Below, one piece after another: positions 47,750-57,868 of a DNA stretch of 64,000 nucleotides. The notes under the pieces are model-generated. The model was not told where the DNA came from, searched no databases, and was given only the letters and a program-made list of their open reading frames with translations. Position 1 is the first letter of the stretch. Each line of letters opens with the position of its first letter. The DNA comes from Candidatus Bathyarchaeota archaeon (lineage in GTDB: Archaea > Thermoproteota > Bathyarchaeia > TCS64): positions 1,786-65,785 of the forward strand of contig JAFGHP010000020.1 of the NCBI GenBank assembly GCA_016930055.1, written 5' to 3'. The position numbers and the translations under genes were made by a program.

Positions 47750-50502
47750 TTTATTTTTATACTAATATAATGGAGTTCGTTCACTCCTTTTTGCGTAGTT
47801 TTGAATACTCCATAATTTAGTATATTTTCGTTGCTTATCCATTTATATACATCGGGACCATAAATTTTAACCTTGTTTTCAATGAAATTTAATACTACGT
47901 TTTCCATCGTATCTTTTTGTTGAAGATTAATGTATGTTATATTAGAGACTTGTATGAATACTTCTGCATTAATTGCAGTTACGTTAATAGGTGTGTAACC
48001 ATTTTCTGTAAAAATGTTATAGGTATCATTGATTCTTTCTTCTTCACCTGGTTGTACGATTGGTGCTTGTTGAGTTAGACTATAAAATGCTACTGAGGAG
48101 TCAATACCTATTGCTACATCTCTAGTTAAAGCATCTACAACACCTATAAAGGGCATCTTTGAAATTATTCCTCCTCCAGAAGTTATGTAAACGGGTATAA
48201 AATAGTATAATTTTTGATTAATTCTATAGAGTAAAACATTGCCTAACTTATAGTTACTACCAAAAAGTGTAAGCTTTTCACGAACTTCGCTGTTTGTTTG
48301 GAATGCACTAACTGCTCCTGTTGGTCCAATTAATGATGATGTTCCATTGCCTGATGTTACTTTTAAAAGTTGTATCTCACCAAGTTTTGTACCACTTCCT
48401 ATAATATACATTCCTGCAAGGTTTTTTCCTGCTGAGCTAACATATTCAGCTAATTGGACTCCAACAAATAATACTTGATTATCTTCAGTTAATAGAATGT
48501 AGTTGACTTCTGTGCTAGGTGGTCTTTCGAAAAAGTCTGATCCTGAACGCCATACATATGGGTCTGACACATGATAGACAAAATCAATGTCGAGCTGTCC
48601 TTTTATGTCAAACATTACACTACCAAGTAATGCTTCAGGGTATCTTAATTGAGGTACTAACCATTCTGGTATGGATCCCCAATTTGAATAATAATTTTTG
48701 TAAAAGGTTGCTAGAAAACCATCATCTTCTCCTACAGTATAGCATGACATTTCGCCATCTTCCACATTAACTAAAATTACTGCAAAAAATCTGTAATAAT
48801 CACTTGCTACGAATCTTGAATTCATCTTATATTGTATGTAAACTTGTATCGCATAATATACAGTATTATTATTTGCTACAATATAGGGATCTGGATCAAT
48901 TTTTAATCCATCAATTAGAATTTTTTCAGCTCTATTCACAATATCTCTGTTATATAACATCTCAATTGATTCTTGTGGAGGTGCAAAAGCAAATCCGAGC
49001 TGTCCTTGAGCTAAAAACCACATCATTCGTTGCCATCCTGAGAGAGTGTAATCTGATTCTCCACGATAGGTGATGTTTTCAACTTCGTTGAAGCCTTTTA
49101 CTTTAATATAAACAGTATCAGATATTTCTTCACCATAATATATTTCAGGTTCTTTTGTCAAATGTAATGCTTCTGTGATCGGAACAGATTCGCCTGAATG
49201 ACTTTCAATAGCAAAAATATTCGATGCATGGGTATAAATTAGTTGATGGCTGATCCAGTCTTCACTTGGATATTTAATTGTAGTTGGTGAAATCCAGTAT
49301 TCTTTTCCGTAAACATATACTATATCTGGTGTAATAATTTTTAGCCAATTTACTGGTATTAAATTTACCATTCGAGTTAAAGCAGATTCATAATCCCATT
49401 GCCTAACTACGCTAAGTATTTTTGTTTCATTCCCAACCGGATAATCTTCTATTGGACGAGTTACAATTGAATCAATACCTGATGCCCATTGTGTAGCATC
49501 AATTTGTTTTGATGTAAAAGGATACCATTCATAGGCTACCCAATTGTTGTTCCAATTAAAATTATATAAAGCAATTATTCCAGCATTTATAGCAATAATC
49601 CCAATCAGAATAATAATTGAACCTGTTACAATAATATTTTGTCTTCTTAATTTAGTAAACTGAAGAGGTGTTACCCCTCGATCAAGCAAAATAGATATTA
49701 AAATGAAACTGAATAATAGTGTTAATGCAATATAATAGTAATGAGGGGTAGTTATGTCCATCCTCCAGTAAGGAGAATCAAATATAAATGCCAAGGTTAT
49801 TAAAGAGAAAATTATGAAGATATTTCTCATTCCAGTGGAATACTTTGCGTTTATAAATTCTTTAATTGATTTTAAAATTAATCTTAACGAAATTACCCCA
49901 AAAACAGTCAATATTAAAATGAATATTAGTCGATATTGTACTTCCATTGTTGGCATTAAATTAATTAATTCTCCACTTGTTACAGGTTGTATTGCTAATA
50001 AAAATATTCTAGGGACGAGAGACCAATCACCTATACCACTTATAATCATATAAAAAATATTCATAAAAGGACCAATAAACGGAATTCTCATAGAAGAAAC
50101 CATTAATGAAAAAGCTAAGAACCATTTAATTACTTGCCAAAATAACCATAGAAGCTTTTTTTGTTTTAACACAATAGTTGGCATTGAAAAATTTGTAGGA
50201 ATGCCTGAAGTTGCTGCTGTAATTTTTATATATTGTTGAATGCTGTTATAAACTTCGAATAAATCACTTTTACCTATTATTGGATTAATTGTTAATAAAG
50301 CCAAAAAGCCTGCAATGAGAAAAAGGTAATTATTATAAAAGACTGTTTGAAACCAATTTATATCTGCTTTTTTAAAATACATTGTTTGATTAATATTAAA
50401 ATCTAGATAAACATAAAGCCCGAAAAAAATTGTTATTAGTAATAAAATGGACAGTATTATCCAAATTTGATTACGTTTAATATACCCAGGTTTTTTAAAC
50501 AA
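47746..50502 (-). CDS. UPF0182-family large membrane protein
   Basis: Multi-TM N-terminal half; VRQWD, HQLIYTH, PEIYYGE, DPDPY, QLRYPE, GNVLLY. Confidence 0.8.
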   Translation of the reverse strand: MFKKPGYIKRNQIWIILSILLLITIFFGLYVYLDFNINQTMYFKKADINWFQTVFYNNYLFLIAGFLALLTINPIIGKSDLFEVYNSIQQYIKITAATSGIPTNFSMPTIVLKQKKLLWLFWQVIKWFLAFSLMVSSMRIPFIGPFMNIFYMIISGIGDWSLVPRIFLLAIQPVTSGELINLMPTMEVQYRLIFILILTVFGVISLRLILKSIKEFINAKYSTGMRNIFIIFSLITLAFIFDSPYWRMDITTPHYYYIALTLLFSFILISILLDRGVTPLQFTKLRRQNIIVTGSIIILIGIIAINAGIIALYNFNWNNNWVAYEWYPFTSKQIDATQWASGIDSIVTRPIEDYPVGNETKILSVVRQWDYESALTRMVNLIPVNWLKIITPDIVYVYGKEYWISPTTIKYPSEDWISHQLIYTHASNIFAIESHSGESVPITEALHLTKEPEIYYGEEISDTVYIKVKGFNEVENITYRGESDYTLSGWQRMMWFLAQGQLGFAFAPPQESIEMLYNRDIVNRAEKILIDGLKIDPDPYIVANNNTVYYAIQVYIQYKMNSRFVASDYYRFFAVILVNVEDGEMSCYTVGEDDGFLATFYKNYYSNWGSIPEWLVPQLRYPEALLGSVMFDIKGQLDIDFVYHVSDPYVWRSGSDFFERPPSTEVNYILLTEDNQVLFVGVQLAEYVSSAGKNLAGMYIIGSGTKLGEIQLLKVTSGNGTSSLIGPTGAVSAFQTNSEVREKLTLFGSNYKLGNVLLYRINQKLYYFIPVYITSGGGIISKMPFIGVVDALTRDVAIGIDSSVAFYSLTQQAPIVQPGEEERINDTYNIFTENGYTPINVTAINAEVFIQVSNITYINLQQKDTMENVVLNFIENKVKIYGPDVYKWISNENILNYGVFKTTQKGVNELHYISIKIK

Positions 50503-50691
50503 TCATAATAGCTCCTATCTGTTATTATCTAATATTATATGATTGCATATGTACTTGTATTTTATTAATATCTCTATTAAAGAATATTTGATAAAGATAT
50601 TTATATTAATTACAAATTGTACTTGTTTCAAGAGCTTATTACTACTGAGTTGGATTTAAAAAGTAAGTTTTAGTCACCTTTTTCGATATTA

Positions 50692-51960
50692 ATGGATGAA
50701 TTAAAAAAAATATTTAATCAGAATCTTGATGATGTTTTAAATAAAATCAATATTGAAAGCGTAAATATTGAAAAGAAAGTCATTAAATGGCGTCGAATAA
50801 TTCATCAAAACCCGGAACTGGGTAACAGAGAATATAAAACAGCTGAACTCGTTGCTCAACATCTTGAAAAAATAGGATTAGAAGTTACTAGAAATGTTGC
50901 TTATACCGGTGTAGTTGGTCTTCTTCGTGGAAATAGATCTGAACCTGTAGTGGCATTAAGGGCAGATATGGATGCTTTACCTATTAAAGAAGCACTTGAT
51001 TTACCTTTTTCTTCTAAAATAACTACAATTTATAATGGTGAAGAAGTGCCAGTTATGCATGCTTGTGGACATGATGCTCACACTGCAATTTTAATGGGCG
51101 TTGCAGAGGTTTTATCTAAAATATCTTCAGATATTCCTGGCACTATTAAATTTATTTTTCAACCATCAGAAGACAGTCGACCAGATGGCGAGGAGGGAGG
51201 AGCAAAATTAATGATAGATAAAGGAATCCTTGAAAACCCTCAAGTTAATGCAATTTTTGGTTTACATGTTGTTCCTTTTCCAGTTGGAAAAATCGGTGTA
51301 CGTGAAGGGGGTTTAATGGCGGGTGTTGATAATTTCTGGATAAAAGTTAAAGGTAGAGCAACACATGGAGCAATGCCATGGACTGGAATAGATCCAATAC
51401 CTATTGCAGCTCAAATAATTCTTGGTTTACAGAACATTATTAGTAGACAAATAGATTCAACTCAAGATTCTGCAATATTAACTATCGGAAAAATTCATGG
51501 CGGAGAGCAACCTAACATGATACCAAATGAAGTACAAATTATAGGCACGGTTAGAACTTTTAATGAGGCTTTAAACTCTTTCATTAGAAAAAAGATAGAA
51601 TTAATTTCTGTGAATATTGCAGACAGTTTTGGTGCTTGTGCTGAGGTTACTTTTTCCAACGAAAAATCACCAGTGACTTATAATGATGCTGAATTAACAA
51701 AAAACATGTATCCTTTCATTGAAAGAGTTGTTGGTAAAGAAAATATTTTCAACCCAAATCCAATACCGGTTGGTGAAGATTTTGCTTATTATCAACAAAA
51801 AATACCTGGACTTTTTCTTTTACTTGGTACAGCCCCTATAGATGAACATTTAGTTGCATTGAACCATTCTCCTTACTTTTACGTTGAAGAAAGCGGATTA
51901 ATACAGGGAATAAAAACTCTATCTTATTTAGCATATAGTTGGTTAGAACAAAAAAAATAA
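50692..51960 (+). CDS. M20D-family amidohydrolase
   Basis: HQNPELG, RADMDALP, MHACGHDAH, FQPSE, GEDF, NHSP. Confidence 0.92.
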   Translation: MDELKKIFNQNLDDVLNKINIESVNIEKKVIKWRRIIHQNPELGNREYKTAELVAQHLEKIGLEVTRNVAYTGVVGLLRGNRSEPVVALRADMDALPIKEALDLPFSSKITTIYNGEEVPVMHACGHDAHTAILMGVAEVLSKISSDIPGTIKFIFQPSEDSRPDGEEGGAKLMIDKGILENPQVNAIFGLHVVPFPVGKIGVREGGLMAGVDNFWIKVKGRATHGAMPWTGIDPIPIAAQIILGLQNIISRQIDSTQDSAILTIGKIHGGEQPNMIPNEVQIIGTVRTFNEALNSFIRKKIELISVNIADSFGACAEVTFSNEKSPVTYNDAELTKNMYPFIERVVGKENIFNPNPIPVGEDFAYYQQKIPGLFLLLGTAPIDEHLVALNHSPYFYVEESGLIQGIKTLSYLAYSWLEQKK

Positions 51961-51994
51961 AAAAATTAATTTTTTAAACTAAGTTAAAAAGAAT

Positions 51995-53641
51995 TTACTC
52001 GTCGTAATCGCTTGCTCCGGGTGCTCCACCGGGGCCTCCTGGGCCACCGGGACCGCCACTACTCTTTGCTGCTACTACGTCATCGATTCTCAGAATCATG
52101 CTAGTGACTTCTAGACCTGATTTGATTGCTTGTTTCTTTACAACCATTGGTTCTATTACTCCTTCGTTTAGCATGTTTTTTACTCCTCCTTCGAAGACGT
52201 TTACACCCATAACTATACCGTTTTCATTTTCGTGAGCTGCTTTCATTGATACTAATGTGTCCAATATGTCTAATCCTGCGTTTTCAGCGAGTGTTCTTGG
52301 TATAACTTCTAAAGCATCTGCAAAAGCTTCAATAGCTAATTGTTCTCTACCACCAATTTGACGTGCGTAACTTCTAACTTCTTTAGAGAGCTCCATCTCG
52401 ATAGCTCCGCCTCCTGGAACCATCTTAGGTACTTCAGCGACATCACTTACTACATATAATGCATCATTTAGGCTTCTTTCTGCTTCATCCATCATTCTTT
52501 CTAATCCTGCACGTATAAAGATTGCAACTGATGAGGGGTTTTTACATTCTTCTACAAAGATCATTTTTTCGTTGCCAATTTTTCTTTCTTCAACTAGTCC
52601 ACACACACCTAAATCGGAGGTTTTTAAGTCTGCTAAGTTATTAATCACTTTTCCACCCGTAGCTTTGGCTAGTTTTTCCATGTCGCTTTCTTTTAGACGG
52701 CGAGCTGCCAGCATACCACTTTTAGATAGGTAATGTTGAGCTACATCATCGATGCCTTTTTGACAGAATAATACGTTTGCTCCGGAACTTACGACGGTGT
52801 CAACCATCTTTTTTAGCATTAATGCTTCTTGGTCAAGGAAAGCTTTGATTCCTTCAGGGGTTCTTATTCTGATTTCTGCGTCAATTTCTGTTTTCTCGAT
52901 CTCTATTGCTGTATTTATTAAAGCAATTTTAGCATCTTTTATTTTTTTGGGCATTCCATCATGTACAACTTCTTTATCGACAATTATCCCGCTTATCAAT
53001 TTAGTTTCTTGAAGACTTTTTCCTTCTTTTTTGACTATTTGAATATTATCCACGTCTGCTATTGTTTGTCCGTCTCTTTTCTGAACGATTTGTTTTATTG
53101 CATCAACAACTATCTCTGAGAGGTGATCTCTATCAGTGGAGACTGTTTTACTCCTCATCGAGGTACTGGCTAATTTTATTAAGGTATCTCTATCATCCAA
53201 GTTAACGTCTAATGCTATCTTTTCTAGGTATTCCAATGCTTTATCGGCTGCTTTCTGATAACCAGAGATAATGATTGAAGGGTGGATCTCTTGTTCAAGA
53301 AGACCATCTGCTTTTTTGAGTAATTCTCCTGCAAAGATTACTGCGGTTGTTGTTCCATCTCCAACTTCTTTGTCTTGAGTTTTAGCGACTTCAATAACCA
53401 TTTTTGCTGCTGGGTGTTGTACATCGATCTCTTCAAGGACTTTTGCTCCATCGCTCGTTATTGTTATATCTCCTAAACTATCGATTAGCATTTTGTCCAT
53501 GCCACGTGGTCCTAAAGTGCTTTTTAATACTTCAGCAATTATTTGACCAGCCATCATGTTACTTCTACGAGCTTCTTTTCCTCTATTTCTTTTAGTGTCT
53601 TCTTTTAGGATTATTACCGGTTTTCCACTCATGCTTGCCAT
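51995..53641 (-). CDS. thsB: Thermosome subunit (second, beta-like)
   Basis: [19 protein letters not shown]; start MASMSGKP at 53641 with GAGGTGA SD; GGP-repeat tail. Confidence 0.95.
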   Translation of the reverse strand: MASMSGKPVIILKEDTKRNRGKEARRSNMMAGQIIAEVLKSTLGPRGMDKMLIDSLGDITITSDGAKVLEEIDVQHPAAKMVIEVAKTQDKEVGDGTTTAVIFAGELLKKADGLLEQEIHPSIIISGYQKAADKALEYLEKIALDVNLDDRDTLIKLASTSMRSKTVSTDRDHLSEIVVDAIKQIVQKRDGQTIADVDNIQIVKKEGKSLQETKLISGIIVDKEVVHDGMPKKIKDAKIALINTAIEIEKTEIDAEIRIRTPEGIKAFLDQEALMLKKMVDTVVSSGANVLFCQKGIDDVAQHYLSKSGMLAARRLKESDMEKLAKATGGKVINNLADLKTSDLGVCGLVEERKIGNEKMIFVEECKNPSSVAIFIRAGLERMMDEAERSLNDALYVVSDVAEVPKMVPGGGAIEMELSKEVRSYARQIGGREQLAIEAFADALEVIPRTLAENAGLDILDTLVSMKAAHENENGIVMGVNVFEGGVKNMLNEGVIEPMVVKKQAIKSGLEVTSMILRIDDVVAAKSSGGPGGPGGPGGAPGASDYDE

Positions 53642-53651
53642 TTTTTTCACC

Positions 53652-55310
53652 TCACATTGGGGGCATGCCACCAGGCATTCCACCCATTCCTCCCATTCCG
53701 CCATAGCCTCCTTCACCGCCAGGTGGTGTTTTTGGTTTTGTAGAAGCAATAATATCATCAATTTTTAGTAATAGTGTTGCTGCTTCAGTAGCTGATTTTA
53801 TTGCTTGTGCTTTAACTGCTTTAGGTTCGAGTATTCCTTTTTTCTCCATATCAATGATTTTTGATTCAAAAGCTTCAATTCCGGTCCATATTTCACCGTT
53901 AGCATGGCGACTCTGTAATTCAGCTAATGCATCTATTGGATCCATACCTGCGTTTTCTGATAAAGCGTTTGGAATTACTTCAAGTGCATCAGCAAAAACT
54001 GCTACTGCTAAACGTTCTCTGCCTTTTAATTTCTGAGCATAATCTCGGATTCTTAAAGCGATCTCTACCTCTGAAGCGCCTCCACCAGCAACAATCTTTG
54101 GCTCTTCAACAACGTCTTTTACTACACATAAAGCGTCGTGAAGGCTACGTTCTGCTTCATCTACTACTCTTTCTGATCCACCACGGATTAGTATGCTAAT
54201 GGCTTTTGGGTTCTTGCATCCTTCAACAAAAATTAATTTATCTGATCCAATCTTTCTCTCTTCGACTAATTCAGAAAAGCCACTATCGTTTGTAGATAAT
54301 TCTTCTATATTGGATACTACTTTAGCTCCTGTTGCCTTGGCTAAGGCTTCCATGTCACTTTTTTTAAGTCTTCTTGCAGCCATAATTCCTTCTCTAGCTA
54401 AAAAGTGTTGTACCATATCATCGATGCCTTTTTGACATAGAAGAACAGTTATTCCTGCCTCCTTAATTTTTGCAACCATATCTCTCATCATGTGTTCTTC
54501 TTCATCTAGGTATTGTTGCATTTGTTCTGGTGTTTCAATGCTAATTTTACTTGTAAACTCAGTTTTTTCGATTTCTAATGCGGCATCTAGTAAACCAATT
54601 TTAGCGTTTCTAACGAGTTTTGGCATGTCACTATGGACGACATCTTTGTCAATGATTAATCCATTTATCAGAGTAGTATCTGTTAAGCTACCGCCTGGCT
54701 TTTTTTCTACTTTAACCATGTCAAGGTCAACTTTCCAGCCTCCATTAATATCCTCAGCTACTTGTAATATCGCATTTGTTGCTAATTCTGCTAAATAGCC
54801 ACTATGTCCAGATACAAGTTTTGTTGACATCGTAGTTTTTGCTACTCTTTTTAGGGTCTCTTTATCTTTTGGTTCAACTTTTATTGCGATTTCGTCTAGT
54901 ATTTTTAATGCTTGCTCTTGTGCATCTCTAAAACCATCAATTATTATTGTTGGATGAACCTTTTTATCGATAAGATCTTCTGCTTTTCCTAGAAGTTCAC
55001 CAGTTAAAACAGCAACAGTTGTAGTACCATCTCCAACTTCAGAATCTTGTGTTTTGGAGACTTCCACCATCATTTTAGCTGCAGGATGTTGAATATCCAT
55101 CTCTTTCAACATTGTAGCACCATCATTTGTGATAGTTACATCACCAAAACTATCAACAAGCATTTTATCCATGCCTTTTGGGCCTAAGCTTGTTTTGATT
55201 GCTTCAGAGACTATTCTTGCAGCCATAATGTTGTTGCTTCTGGCATCAGACCCTCTAGAACGCTCAGTACCTTCTTTTAAAATATATATTTGTTGATTTG
55301 GGTCACTCAT
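53652..55310 (-). CDS. thsA: Thermosome subunit (first, alpha-like)
   Basis: [19 protein letters not shown]; GGM-repeat tail. Confidence 0.95.
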   Translation of the reverse strand: MSDPNQQIYILKEGTERSRGSDARSNNIMAARIVSEAIKTSLGPKGMDKMLVDSFGDVTITNDGATMLKEMDIQHPAAKMMVEVSKTQDSEVGDGTTTVAVLTGELLGKAEDLIDKKVHPTIIIDGFRDAQEQALKILDEIAIKVEPKDKETLKRVAKTTMSTKLVSGHSGYLAELATNAILQVAEDINGGWKVDLDMVKVEKKPGGSLTDTTLINGLIIDKDVVHSDMPKLVRNAKIGLLDAALEIEKTEFTSKISIETPEQMQQYLDEEEHMMRDMVAKIKEAGITVLLCQKGIDDMVQHFLAREGIMAARRLKKSDMEALAKATGAKVVSNIEELSTNDSGFSELVEERKIGSDKLIFVEGCKNPKAISILIRGGSERVVDEAERSLHDALCVVKDVVEEPKIVAGGGASEVEIALRIRDYAQKLKGRERLAVAVFADALEVIPNALSENAGMDPIDALAELQSRHANGEIWTGIEAFESKIIDMEKKGILEPKAVKAQAIKSATEAATLLLKIDDIIASTKPKTPPGGEGGYGGMGGMGGMPGGMPPM

Positions 55311-55414
55311 AGATTATTCACCTTACATACTATTAGTGCACAACTGGATGTGTTAACATCATATACAACTATTTGTAATTCTTCACACATTTAACAGTTT
55401 ACCACCTTTAGTTG

Positions 55415-55430
55415 TAAACCATAAGTTGTA
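55415..55430. promoter_or_regulatory. Operator-like site TAAACC-ATAA-GTTGTA upstream of the thermosome operon
   Basis: 15/16 identical to the site at 56196-56211. Confidence 0.6.
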
Positions 55431-55475
55431 TTCTTAATCTGATTAAAAACATTTCGGTAATTTAAATAATAAGAA

Positions 55476-56189
55476 TTAGACTTCTAGAAAAACAATATCA
55501 CCTTCGATTTTAACAACACCATCACTTTCTAGTTTAATGATAGTATCTTTTACTAACTCTTCTGATATGTCCAATGTTTTTGATAATAATTGAATACTGA
55601 TTGGTCCTTGATCAACAAGGTAATGAATAATTTGTTTTTTCTTATAATCTACATCTTCTAAAGCTTCTTGTGTTGCCCCTAAAGCCAGATTTCTTATGTA
55701 TAATAGTCGTGCTCGGCGTTTTTCTAAACTTTCTAATTCTTCATCAATAATTTGTATAACTTGTTTAAGTTCTGAAATATCATCAACATTAATTTTATCA
55801 TTATCTAGGTTAATCACTTGTTCTTCTAATTGATTCATATAATTGTCTTGTTGTATCCAATGGTTAGGATTATTAAAACTAATTAACCGCTCATTGTAAA
55901 GATTTGGGCTAAAATCAATTTGTAAACTATAAAATTTATTTATTTGAAAAACATTCTTGTCAGCACCAAATCTGCTTTTCTCTCTAATTACATTAACTAA
56001 TTCTGCATCTTGAATTATTTTCAAATGTTTCGCTGCTAACTGTTGAGCAATATTTAATTCGTTACTTAACCTAAGGGTATAATCTGGACCCTGACTAAGT
56101 TTTTTTATAATACTACGTCTAACAGGATTACCTAAAATACCTACCAAAGTCTCGAAGTCTTTTTTAACAACTTTATTAACTTCAGACAT
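55476..56189 (-). CDS. ArsR-family wHTH regulator, Phr/HSR1-like heat-shock regulator
   Basis: ILGNPVRRSIIKKLS, AKHLK; central coiled coil and second wHTH; directly upstream of thermosome; probable start MSEVNK. Confidence 0.75.
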   Translation of the reverse strand: MSEVNKVVKKDFETLVGILGNPVRRSIIKKLSQGPDYTLRLSNELNIAQQLAAKHLKIIQDAELVNVIREKSRFGADKNVFQINKFYSLQIDFSPNLYNERLISFNNPNHWIQQDNYMNQLEEQVINLDNDKINVDDISELKQVIQIIDEELESLEKRRARLLYIRNLALGATQEALEDVDYKKKQIIHYLVDQGPISIQLLSKTLDISEELVKDTIIKLESDGVVKIEGDIVFLEV

Positions 56190-56195
56190 TGGATA

Positions 56196-56211
56196 TAAAC
56201 CAAAAGTTGTA
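56196..56211. promoter_or_regulatory. Operator-like site TAAACC-AAAA-GTTGTA between the TATA-like box and ATG of the regulator
   Basis: Near-identical copy at 55415. Confidence 0.6.
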
Positions 56212-56267
56212 AACCAAATTACCATTTAAACTTTATGTAGCAAATCAAAATATTTTAAAAAAAATTA

Positions 56268-56720
56268 CTATATAATGTCAAAAGAAACCTCTAATAATTT
56301 TTTATTTAATCTAAATCTACTTTTTTGAATTTTTATTTCAACAATTTCTCCTGTTTTTTGCGTGTGTTTTTTATTACAAGTATTAATATTCCAACCAGGA
56401 ATTTCAACAATTTTTAATGTAGTTAATCCTGGGGGTAGAGGAAAAAGATCATATATTATGTCTCCCCATTTTTTCTCTGCTTCAATTTTTGATAATTCAT
56501 GAATTTTTATTTTGATATCCTGTTTAATAATTTCATTTGAAGTTTTTTCGATAAGGTTAATTTCTTCATCAGTTGGTTTCCTATCAAATTGCACAGCAAT
56601 TCCACCATGTAAACCAGAAGCATAAACACTTGAAGTCCATTTAGCTCCAAGAATTTTTTGTATAGCACCTTTAACTATATGTATTGCAGTATGAGTTCGA
56701 ATCTCGATATCTGAAGACAT
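56268..56720 (-). CDS. alaXS: AlaX-S trans-editing protein (Ser-tRNA(Ala) deacylase)
   Basis: HTAIH (HxxxH) and CNKKH (CxxxH) Zn motifs; 150 aa. Confidence 0.88.
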   Translation of the reverse strand: MSSDIEIRTHTAIHIVKGAIQKILGAKWTSSVYASGLHGGIAVQFDRKPTDEEINLIEKTSNEIIKQDIKIKIHELSKIEAEKKWGDIIYDLFPLPPGLTTLKIVEIPGWNINTCNKKHTQKTGEIVEIKIQKSRFRLNKKLLEVSFDII

Positions 56721-56810
56721 ATTATTCTACATAGGATGTTCTCTAACTAATATATTTAATTTTTATTTTTATAGAAATTTAGATGTTTAAATTTTTTTTA
56801 TAAAATGAAA

Positions 56811-57018
56811 GTGCCCAAGTGTAGATTGCCATAAGCGATTTTCAGGTCTGTTTTACACCGTTCCCGGGTACGTCACGCGTGAACATGTAGTCGCTTGAGA
56901 AGTGTAGTTTTCTCAGCGAGCCTAAGCCTACCGAGTTCTTTACAGCCCACTCCTCATGGCTCTGCGATGCATAAGATCTTACGCTGTTTAGATCTTTAGT
57001 TCGCTCCCACTTGGGCAA
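56811..57018 (-). ncRNA. Unassigned ~205-nt structured non-coding RNA
   Basis: About 49% GC island; 10-bp terminal helix, several internal hairpins, GGAA tetraloop; TATA-like element upstream, U-rich tract downstream. Confidence 0.7.
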
Positions 57019-57314
57019 TCAATACACCTACTTATGTTCTATTAAGTAGTTATGTTTCACGAATAAATTATTTGGCTATTTTCTAAACTATTAATTCAAT
57101 AGATTTTTGTAATAAAATAGTTAATAATATCTCTATTATTGGAGACAATGTATTCTTGGTGTGTTTATTGAAAAAAGATAGTCTGTAGATTAGATATTTA
57201 ATATATTCATTTTATGTTAGTACCAAAAAATGAGGATGATATAGCGTTAATAAAAAAATTATTTTGATTAGGAAGCTAAACCTTAAAACCATATAATAAG
57301 GAGCTATAAAACAT

Positions 57315-57866
57315 ATGTTGAATCGCGATGAAGCAATAACTCTAGTCCGACAATATGTCACAAATGATAATCTAATAAAACATATGATTTCAGTTGGCGC
57401 AATTATGAAGGGATTAGCATTACATTTTAACGAAGATGCTGAGCTTTGGGAAGCTGTAGGTATTCTTCACGATATTGATTATGAGAAGGTTGGGCAAGAT
57501 TGGGAAAAACATGGTGCTATTTCAGCTGAGATGGTTAAAGACTTATTACCTGAAAAAGGATTGTATGCGATTAGAGCTCATAATGAACAAACGGGTTATA
57601 GTCCTAAAAATTTAATAGATATCTGTCTTTATTCAGCTGATGCTTTATCAGGTTTAGTTATAGCAATGGGATTAATGTTACCAGATAAAAAATTGGCTAA
57701 TGTTAAAGTATCAAGTCTCGTTAAGAGAATGAAAGATAAAAGTTTTGCTAGAGGAGTAAGTAGAGAGAATATAAATAGATGTTCTGAAGTTGGTTTAGAA
57801 CTACAAGACTTCCTTCAAATTGGTTTGACATCTATGAAAGCAATTGCTTCAGAAATTGGTATGTAA
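57315..57866 (+). CDS. HDIG/HD-domain metal-dependent phosphohydrolase
   Basis: IKHM, ILHDIDYE, KHG, AIRAHN, ADALSG, DKSFARGVSRE. Confidence 0.9.
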   Translation: MLNRDEAITLVRQYVTNDNLIKHMISVGAIMKGLALHFNEDAELWEAVGILHDIDYEKVGQDWEKHGAISAEMVKDLLPEKGLYAIRAHNEQTGYSPKNLIDICLYSADALSGLVIAMGLMLPDKKLANVKVSSLVKRMKDKSFARGVSRENINRCSEVGLELQDFLQIGLTSMKAIASEIGM

Positions 57867-57868
57867 TT

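Noticed and set aside
52010-52060. GC-rich short repeats at the thermosome 3' ends (also 53660-53725)
   Set aside because: They encode ordinary GGP/GGM chaperonin tails and are not CRISPR or mobile repeats
53642-53761. N-terminal extension of the 588-aa thermosome ORF
   Set aside because: It overlaps the thsA 3' end in another frame; a GAGGTGA SD supports the start at 53641
56811-57018. MITE, RNase P RNA, SRP RNA or cobalamin riboswitch interpretation of the GC island
   Set aside because: No target-site duplication or second copy; GAGGAAAGUCC and SRP helix 8 signatures are absent; only scattered short riboswitch-like words; alaX appears to have its own TATA-like box
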